Part shown: positions 55,791 through 64,000 of the stretch, piece after piece
Position numbering within the stretch: position 1 is the stretch's first letter
How the letters are laid out: each line of letters starts with the position of its first letter
Source of the DNA: Catajapyx aquilonaris
Lineage: Eukaryota
Reading direction: 5' to 3'
NCBI GenBank assembly: GCA_000934665.2
Contig: KZ538094.1
Location: 62,001-126,000, forward strand
Length of the DNA: 64,000 nt
The notes under the pieces: model-generated
The model's database searches: none
What the model saw: the letters and a program-made list of their open reading frames with translations, nothing else
What the model was told of the DNA's origin: nothing
Position numbers and translations under genes: made by a program

Positions 55791-57930
55791 TTATGGTACT
55801 GCCTTATCTTCACTCAGCGTTTCCTGACTAGGATGCGGCAGTAGCTGACGAGTAGAGCTGGTGGAACTGAAGCTGTCTCCACTAGATCGTTGGCTCCCTT
55901 GACTGGCTGCACTCTGCGGAGTGCCTGGAAGTGAGCCGCCTTCAGCTGTCAGAGTGGCTTTTGTGCTCATCTGCGTTGATCGAGGCTGGACCGGGACACT
56001 TCACATTAGAGACGTTAACAGGAGCTTGTAGTCACTGCCTTACCTTGCAACGATTAAGAGGTGCAGTGGTTGAGTTCAGAGCCTCTTCTGTTCCAGATCC
56101 ACCACCAGATTCCTCCATCACTGGAGTCATTGCATTTTCCTCTCTTGTTCCTGCACTTTCACCCTGATCATCATTGCTGCAAAGGGCTTCTGGAGATACA
56201 GACACTGATACAGAGCGATGTTCAGGTGAGCTGGCAGGTTGCTCAGAAGTAGATGTGGCTGCATCCAGGAGGGAATGCTCCTCTGCTTCCTCTGCATCAG
56301 CCTCATCTTGATTGTGGCATGGAACAGTCTCACTGATAAGGGTCACAGTGTCCCTCATAATAAACACACTCTTGTCTCGGCCACGTCTCCGTCCTGAGAT
56401 AGGTGGCAATGCTGCAGCAGTGGCACCTCCTTCATCACCACTTTCATGGCCTTCTTTTTCGTCTTCTTCTTGGGATACCATCACAGACATGCAAATCTCA
56501 GGAGTGGTACACCCCATGGCCCCAGCTGTGTTGTGCCCCTGTGCTGCCTCTTCTGACCCAGGTGATATAGTGCGGGGTGGAAATGGTCCAATGCTATTAA
56601 GTACCTCAGCAGCTCGAGCAGGCCCATCGCTGTTAGTTGGAGTTGAGGCATCCAAAGGTGCAGAAGGAATTGCGATAGTGTGAGTTGGGGCCAATGACTG
56701 AGGTTGAAAGGGGCCATTTAGTGCTTCAATCAGTGATATGGCCTCATATCCCACAGGAATGTTATCTGGCACGCCCTCAGGTGGTGGAATTCCCAGTGGC
56801 AGGCTCTGAATCTTCTGCAGGGCACGAACTTGTAGCAGGGCTCGAAAGGGAGCTCGGCATATGGGACAATTGTTAGCCTGCAAACGATGAAATTATTAAG
56901 TGTGCAAGTGACTGACAAGGCATGCACCCACCTGATAACGCAATGAATCTGCACATGAGTTGCACAGACATAAGTGGCGACATGGTAGAATAATCGTGTC
57001 ACGAACATCACACATACATATGACGCATTCGGAACCACTATCTTCTGTATCCTCATCATTAGCAGTCTTGGCAGCATCACTGTTCTTATTTTCAATTCCA
57101 TAAATTTCCTGCAGCAAATAGCAGAGGCCATCCACGAACAGTTTCTGCTTCAGAGCCTTGAGAACGTAGGTGCCATCAGAATGCTTCTCTACTACAGCAA
57201 TAGTAGTATGGGATTGATGGGGATCTAGTGAGAAAAGTAGATATAGTCACACTTGAGCTAAAATAATGCTGAAGATAATTTTAATTACCTTCTCCTTCTT
57301 CTGCCACACACTGAATGGCAATTGGAATTACTTCCTTCTCGGGATTGTAATTCACTTCTTCTTCTGTGTATTGACTTGGATCAAATGTGTGTGAAGACTG
57401 TGAGAACTGTTGATTAACCCCCTTCTTGTAATGATAAGTTTCTGAATTCATTGTGGGATCCCGGGGTATATACCTGCAATGTAACATGAGGTTTGACAAT
57501 GCCATGCCTAACTTTTAACTAATTTAAAACTCACGTGACTCCACTGGAAGTGACTTCCTCTGTGCAAAAGTAATAAACTGTGATGGCACAGTGACAGTCA
57601 CTGTCAAACACAAATTCAATGTTGAAACGTGTTGATTTATCCTCTTCATCCCCATGTCCAGACCCTGTGATGCAACATTTTCACAAGAGTTCAACTAATT
57701 CTCAGAATTTCACTCACATATTTTCCTGTAAACTTTCTATTCAAAATGAGCCAGTATTAATTAAACCTCACTCTCATTTTAGCTAGGTTCCACTCCCACA
57801 CAGATAACATAATGGCCTGTCTCAATCTCCCAAACTGGCATGTACGCACAAAAGAAGTAATTGGCAGCAAGGTAGATATTTGACACTGATCTGGTTAGTG
57901 AACAAGATATTGTAGACTGTTCTTAGTTAT

Positions 57931-58005
<75 letters not shown>

Positions 58006-61000
58006 GGGGTTAGTCCATCACCCATTGATGGGTCTCTGGCAAAGGTACCTTTATTTGCTTAGGTGTACAGCTAGTACATTTTTGGTCCTTTTCCATAACG
58101 CCCGGGTACCGCGAGCGATAGGGGATGACAGGAGGGGATGTGCAAAGTGCAAGTGCAATGTCGAAAGTGGTACATTTTGTGAACGCACCCGGGTGGATTT
58201 GTCAATCGGAGATTCCACCCGAGACGAAGCCAGAGATGACCGCTTAACTCAGAACAAGATGAAGGGGGGAACCCCGGGCTGGGATCAATCCCGGGACCTG
58301 AACATCCGTGGGCGCATACGTTACCACAGCGCCACTCTGCCTCCCTACCTTAGTTATTTACACCACTAAGTAGCACTTTTCCTGCAATTTTGCCTGGTAA
58401 AGACCATTTAGTCTAAAGATTCAGGCATGAGCCAGAAAGCATGTAAGCAAGTACAAGGTAAAATCTTTGCCTTCCATTATCTCGAAACTGGTTTATTTTA
58501 TTTTATTTTAGAACTAAGTGATTTTCACTTGTATGCCCAATGGCAGTCAGGATATTCCTTGGGCTAAAACAAGTCAAAAATGTAGGGGGGAGGAATGACG
58601 AGGGACCAATCAGTAATGAGGTAGATGACCAGAAACCAGAAAGGGGTAATCACTTCTATGAAAGAGGTGATCTCCCAAAATCCCAACAGTCATGATTATC
58701 ACACTCATATCCTGCTCCCTAGGCAACCACTGTAAGGCACACCAGTCCATCTGCCAGGAGATCTCCCTACAAAGAGGCATCGTGTGTTGCCGCATGTGTC
58801 TAGGGGTAGGCCAATGTTCACGGTCCTCTACCTTGTTACAGTTGGTCACTCGAAATTTCTCCTCCCTACATTTCAGACTTATTTTGGCCCAAGGAATATG
58901 CTCACTGCCGTTGGCCATACTAGTAAGAAACTCCATGCATTACATAAGTTTCATAGTCACAACTTGATGGTAATGTTGCAAAAAGGAGTAAGTCATTCCT
59001 GCTGAAATTGGTACTTAATAAGCCAAGTCTTGGGCAAGTGCCACATAGTAGCTACTCTCCCATTATGGTGAATATGTAATCAGCATCTATTACAATGTGC
59101 TGTCACAATCCAGAGATGAAAGCTGCAGTTATTTCCCCAACTGTGAGAGATGTCCAACAAGTCAAATCATTCTGACAACTGACACCTTGCAAACAATATG
59201 TTTTATCAGAATAACGATTCCATATGAGAAGGAACATTCCATTTTCAAGTCTGTGGCATATTGCAATCACATGTAATTTTCATAACACAGTGACACTGCA
59301 TGAGTTGGTTTCACCTATGATAACCAAAACAAATACTGCCTCATAACAATTTGGAAATTGATTTGAACTCTTCTTCCACTACAATCTATATTGTTCCATA
59401 TCATTAATGGTTCACTCACCATCTGAGATCTGGACATCAGAAGTTCTCACAAAGCGTAGGCTCTCCTTCCTAATATTGACCAAACTTTTTAATGTCTTCG
59501 TGGGTTCATTTGCCTGTGGCGCTGGATATGGAAACTACAAGTACAGAAAATTGAGTTATTAAAAGGGAGTATGATATAAAAATCTTGCCACAATCTACAC
59601 TCCTGTCAGACTGTCCTACTCACAGGTGTAGGACGACTCCCCAAAAAATTCAGGTCGGAGTTCTCGCCAAATAAATATGCCTCTGGTTGTGGGGTCTCAA
59701 ATCGCTCACCTCCCATGATGAAATGGCTGCTAAAGTAATTTCCTGTAAAAGACATTTAAAATATGAGCAATGGTATTTAAGGCTTTTAACCCTTCTTCTA
59801 ACATCACCATGACATATTCATAACACCATGACAAGCTAAAATTGGCTGCAGTCAGAGTTGATGGATCAAATGGCCATGGATGTAAGGTTTTTGCAGAATG
59901 TATATCAGAGTACATAAATACAACTTGGTGGTTATTAATGAGAAAGGTTGAAACATTTAACAAAAATATGAATATTGTTTCTTCTATTTCTGGAGCTGGA
60001 AGTTCCGGGCAATTCCAATCAAGTAGTACACTAATTATCATTATTCATATACTTTTCTCGAGCTGTGTGGCACAGTGGCAGTAACAAGCTGTTTGGAACA
60101 CCAACAATGTTTCCAAATGGGATTGGTTGGTGTTGGAACGGGTAACTTGCTTGCTTTGGAACACCAGTTGCCAAGGGAGACGCATCCTATGTGCACCACC
60201 GAATCGTTCACAATGACAGATCGATCAAATGTGAGAGCACAAATAATGATATATCAGCACAAGCTTGGAGCTTTGCAAAGCCACAATAACGTTTGTGGCC
60301 ACAAGGTGGTCAGTAATGTTGTGGATACAACCAACAATAAGCACCCAGCTCGCTACGCTCGCAATTACCTAAAATCATCGGGCAATGTGATGTACAATGC
60401 CTGCCAGAGCCACAAAACGGAATACTGGTTCGGTCACCCCAAAGCCATACAGATGACACCAATAAAACGGGCACACAACACAAAGTGACCACAGCAAATT
60501 GACGAAACAATTCACATTTTTGTTTTATGGTTCAACCTATTCATTTATAAACATCATGTTGTATGTACTCTGATATACACTCTGCAAAAACCATATGTCC
60601 ATACACGCTGTTTAGAATGTAGCCATTTGATCCAGCAACTCTGACCGCAGCCGATTTATGCAGCAACCAAAAGGCAGCAGCTAATTTGACCGCAGCGAAT
60701 TGACTCAGCAGCAAATTGATCCGCAGTCAGTCATCGGGAAAATAAAACTCATAAAAATGCGTTGTCATTACATTTGTGTAAGTCATTTCATGTTACAAAC
60801 ATGGATTTTTCTTGGCTAGATCACAAATATAATGTACTACTGTCAATTAACTATAGAAGGTGTATCAGGATTGCCACATTTGACAGTATGTCATGAGTAC
60901 ATATGCAAAGCATCTGCTTCCCTTGAAACCTTATTTTTGTTGCTTCTGGGCACTGGGCTTGGAAACCCACATTAAATTAACTGTTTAGTTCACCTCAAAT

Positions 61001-61390
61001 TTCACATACTGGCTTCCAGATTCAGGCCTGGTTGTACCTCTGTAGGTAGAGAGTTGACCATGAATTTCCACACACTAATGATTGACATGGATAAACCCTC
61101 GGTCAACACTACACCTGCTGTAGTGTAACTGAGGCTAAAACCACATACTCATCACACATTAATGAAAATATTCAGCATCGAACCATTAGTCCCTTTCCTT
61201 ATTAGGGCATGTAAGCTTCAAGCACCAACTCTCTCTGCCTCCAACTAAAACCAAACTTATTACATGTACCCATGCCATACTTTCAAAAGACCATATTCAT
61301 GCCTGTCTTTGGTGGGTATCGGTATGCATGTGTGGATCCGATGTCCACTTCCTCAACCCCTGCATTTTGCCTGCTTGTTAGGGCCCCCAT
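55791..61390 (-). CDS. MGRN1: E3 ubiquitin-protein ligase MGRN1/RNF157 family (Mahogunin), about 647 aa, 8 coding exons
   Basis: Exons (minus): 61390-61303, 59742-59624, 59534-59420, 57664-57535, 57473-57289, 57224-56932, 56877-56044, 55970-55791; 1944 nt, phases consistent. Protein starts MGALTSRQNAGVEEVDIGSTHAYRYPPKTGNYFSSHFIMGGERFETPQPEAYLFGENSDLNFLG and contains KTLKSLVNIRKESLRFV, LKQKLFVDGLCYLLQEIYGIENK, the C3HC4 RING [40 protein letters not shown], and a PSAP motif. Confidence 0.95.
57934..58348 (-). mobile_element. tRNA-derived SINE, head family B, tail type Y with long (ATT)n; in MGRN1 intron 3
   Basis: Minus strand reads GTGGCGCTGTGGTAACG...GGGATTGATCCC. The (AAT)n run at about 57933-58005 is its tail; 12-bp TSD CTTAGTTATTTA at 57922-57933 and 58349-58360. 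Confidence 0.85.
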
Positions 61391-61973
61391 TGCTGCTGTC
61401 CACACACAAACACACAGGGTGTGTTCGCCTTTTTCCTAGCAAACGCCACAGCTGTCACAGCACACGACGACACAAGTGCGATTAGGCGTGACAGGGCGTG
61501 ACGACACGTTAGGATCTCAAAGTTCCTGAATAATTAGGCCCCCGGCCTATCCGAGTAATTATTAATTAATTAAATTAAGAATCACCACAAGTGGGCACAC
61601 AAGTGCACTTCGGGGCAGGCCAAAGCGTAACCAAAATATGTTGAATTATCAAACCTAAGCGGAATTTCCGAACACACCTCACAGCCCCCCCCCCCTTTTT
61701 TTCAAGTTAATTAATAATTTAAACTCATGTGACATGGCGTGGCATATTTTATGTGTTAACAAGGCTGTTGGGAACTTATGTCGCCTAAATTTGGCTTAAA
61801 ACAGAGGCGCAATCATAAATCGATGATGCGGTTGTTGGCGGTAGAAGCGCCCCTAACGGTCAAATCCCCTTGATTAATTTCATTGAAGATTGGCTAGCGT
61901 TGTTCCATGGCCATTTGAGTTTGTTTCTTGGCTTGAACCTTCTTAATGTGTGCCACAAGATGCGCTGAGAGTC
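61391..61973. promoter_or_regulatory. Putative bidirectional promoter and 5' UTRs of MGRN1 and MED9
   Basis: Divergent start codons 583 nt apart; an imperfect DRE-like AATCGATG lies near 61818. Transcription start sites cannot be seen from sequence. Confidence 0.6.
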
Positions 61974-62737
61974 ATGGCCGCTGAGAAGACTTCGGTGGAG
62001 GATATCGACCTAGAATTTCTGCCACTCATATACGACATATTGCGAAAGTAAGTGGACAGAAATAGCACCTTGGGAAAGCATCCAGTAGAGGTGAACATTG
62101 GCTTATTCTTGACCATTTTGCAGCATAGAGAAGGATCCTTCGGATAATTCGCACAAGAACCGGGACTTCCTCGAGGCCAGCCAGAAGACATTGGAGCTGC
62201 AGAGGAAGTTGGAGCAGGCACGAGAGCAGGTATGTGCCAGTTTTGTTGGAATGATGAAATGGTTGCATGATATTGAGAGGGTTATCTGAAGGAGTGCAGT
62301 TCATACCTATGTTCTAAATGGCAGTGGATGATGCTTCGTAAGGGTATTGGTACTGCCTGACTAACATGTAGTGAGCACTGGTAAAATGGCACTGTATCAC
62401 ATCAGGGCAATCAAAATTGGTTAGTTCTACATTATCTTTGATCTATTACTGTGGATAACATGATTTGTGATGATGTTTTCCCTAATCGCACTAATGCAAG
62501 AGGGTGAGCAGCATTATTGCTTGTAATTAAGATATGACCTAGATGTTATAGTGCAGCCCTAGTCTGATTGGTGCATGTTGCTGATAATTACAGGTGCAAA
62601 AGCTGCCTGGGATTGAGTACAGCAGGGAGCGTCAGCTGAACAGGCTTGATAATTTGCGCAAGCAGCTGGTGGTGAAGCGAGAATTGCTGTTGAAGTACAA
62701 GAACATGTGCAGCTTTGCTCTCCCCAAGCCCAATTAG
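61974..62737 (+). CDS. MED9: Mediator of RNA polymerase II transcription subunit 9 (107 aa, 3 exons)
   Basis: Exons 61974-62047, 62124-62229, 62594-62737 with GTAAGT/CAG and GTATGT/CAG introns; 324 nt. Translation MAAEKTSVEDIDLEFLPLIYDILRNIEKDP...ELQRKLEQAREQVQKLPGIEYSRERQLNRLDNLRKQLVVKRELLLKYKNMC matches the Med9 pattern (FLPLIxDI; LPGIxxS-x-x-Q; KRELLxKY). Not in the ORF track because it is spliced. Confidence 0.92.
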
Positions 62738-62740
62738 AGG

Positions 62741-63001
62741 ATGGTTCTACGCTTTGTCTTGCGCTACTTGTTGAACAACGAGCAGCTGATTGAGCGATTG
62801 TCCCAGTCATACCCAATCAGACGAGCAGCGCAGTTGGTGTTCTACTTTTACTCTAAAGGACGATCTATTGGTGCTGAAGGAATCAGTAAGAGTGCTGAGG
62901 AAAGCAATAGACAGATACAGGACATAGCATCTCGCTTCAAGGAAGAGCTGAAGAAGGGTGTTCAGGAATTCCATGAGGAGATGAAAAAGAAGTCAAAGTA
63001 G
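62741..63001 (+). CDS. NCBP2AS2: NCBP2AS2-like microprotein (86 aa)
   Basis: Single ORF MVLRFVLRYLLNNEQLIERLSQSYPIRRAAQLVFYFY... The N-terminal LRxLxxxLxNNxQLxERLSxSxPIRRAAQL signature is recognised as the NCBP2AS2 family; ATG in strong context (AGGATGG). Confidence 0.85.
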   Translation: MVLRFVLRYLLNNEQLIERLSQSYPIRRAAQLVFYFYSKGRSIGAEGISKSAEESNRQIQDIASRFKEELKKGVQEFHEEMKKKSK

Positions 63002-63003
63002 AC

Positions 63004-63684
63004 ATGGTGGGTCGCAACTCAATGGCCGTGATTTTTGTGGGCGATGAGGGCTACTCTATGCTGGATAATCCAAGGCTGCGCAAATCATGGCGGGGGATTC
63101 TTCGTGCACTTCTCCATGTGCCGATGGAAGATGTTCCAGGCCGCCTTCTTCTCTCGCTGGCCCCACCCGTGGTGAGGCTACGTTTTAAGAAGATTCATGT
63201 TGACTTGGTGGGCCCAATGATAGTCCTCATGTTGCTCGCCACGGTCCTTGCCTTTGGCCAGCTCACTTCTGGGAAGTGCAGGTCTCCCGTGACTGCTTTC
63301 GGAGGGGCGATCATTGTGGGCACGTCCTACCTGACCATTGCTCCCACTGTTGCTTTCGCTGTCTGCAGGCTGTGTAAAACTGCAATCAATTTCCCTCAGC
63401 TCATCTCGCTCTTTGGATATGGCCTGTTTGGTCATGTGCTAAGTCTAGCGTTGGGGCTGGTGTTCCGAGGCGAGGATGACCATGGGTCATTTTTTCTGTT
63501 CATGACCATTTTTGGTGGAGCTGCCACTGCCAGACTGGCTCTTGTGCTCCTGGCTCGAACACCAAAACCAGCTGCCAGACTTCTTTTGTGTGCTTCTGTA
63601 GCAGTAGCACACCTTCTCTTTCTCCTCCATTTGTACATCTCATGTTTGAGACGGACGGTCCGCAAATCGACGATGGAGGAGTAA
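63004..63684 (+). CDS. YIPF3: Yip1-domain protein YIPF3-like (226 aa, intronless)
   Basis: Multi-pass hydrophobic ORF. Segments VPGRLLLSLAP, DLVGPMIVLMLLA, QLISLFGYGLFGHVL, GGAATARLALVLLART and RLLLCASVAVAHLLFLLHLY parallel recalled YIPF3 segments ([54 protein letters not shown]). Confidence 0.85.
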   Translation: MVGRNSMAVIFVGDEGYSMLDNPRLRKSWRGILRALLHVPMEDVPGRLLLSLAPPVVRLRFKKIHVDLVGPMIVLMLLATVLAFGQLTSGKCRSPVTAFGGAIIVGTSYLTIAPTVAFAVCRLCKTAINFPQLISLFGYGLFGHVLSLALGLVFRGEDDHGSFFLFMTIFGGAATARLALVLLARTPKPAARLLLCASVAVAHLLFLLHLYISCLRRTVRKSTMEE

Positions 63685-64000
63685 CCTAGTCATCTTCCTC
63701 ACTTTATTCGCCGGTGTTTTGCAATGGCGGTCTGTAACAATGTTGTCATTCAGCGTGATGTGAGGGTGTTCCAATATGGTAGCGGTTGAAGACCTGAGTT
63801 CCCAAATTTTCTGAAGTTCTCTTGTGCTTGTGATAAGATTACAGCAAAATTTCACCCAAACATCCCTGCACATAATACCTAACAGACATGCCTTGATATG
63901 GTTCATGAAAATGAATTGTACACAGGTTTCTGTAGAATATTCTGGAACTCATGCCTTCAACAGGTGTTTATAAGTGTTACTAGGAAAATAAGTGTTGCCA

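Noticed and set aside
56032..56883. Stand-alone 283-aa gene
   Set aside because: It is exon 7 of MGRN1; it begins mid-RING (ANNCPICR) right after a CAG acceptor.
61846..61860. CTCF site in the divergent promoter
   Set aside because: Reverse complement CCGTTAGGGGCGC is one base short of the consensus spacing; not supportable.
63178..63906. Antisense ORFs over YIPF3 (and similar antisense ORFs over meteorin and MGRN1 exons)
   Set aside because: Shadow frames of real coding sequence with no independent family signal.

Overview
Eukaryotic (animal, most likely arthropod) genomic DNA with spliceosomal introns; no prokaryotic features and no CRISPR array. Five protein-coding genes were reconstructed by hand. 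On the minus strand are a 4-exon meteorin/meteorin-like gene (20038-27797) and an 8-exon MGRN1/RNF157-family RING E3 ligase (55791-61390, first intron GC-AG). On the plus strand, head-to-head with MGRN1, three ORFs are packed almost end to end: MED9 (3 exons, 61974-62737), an NCBP2AS2-like microprotein (62741-63001) and an intronless YIPF3-like ORF (63004-63684), separated by only 3 and 2 nt, which points to a tricistronic mRNA. The rest is intergenic/intronic DNA rich in repeats: five TSD-flanked tRNA-derived SINEs (four form a 2 heads x 2 tails modular set), MITEs, decayed LINE and DNA-transposon fossils, a duplicated DNMT1 RFTS-like fragment, microsatellites and one 71-nt gap. All family assignments come from recalled motifs, not database searches. 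Most ORFs in the six-frame track look spurious.
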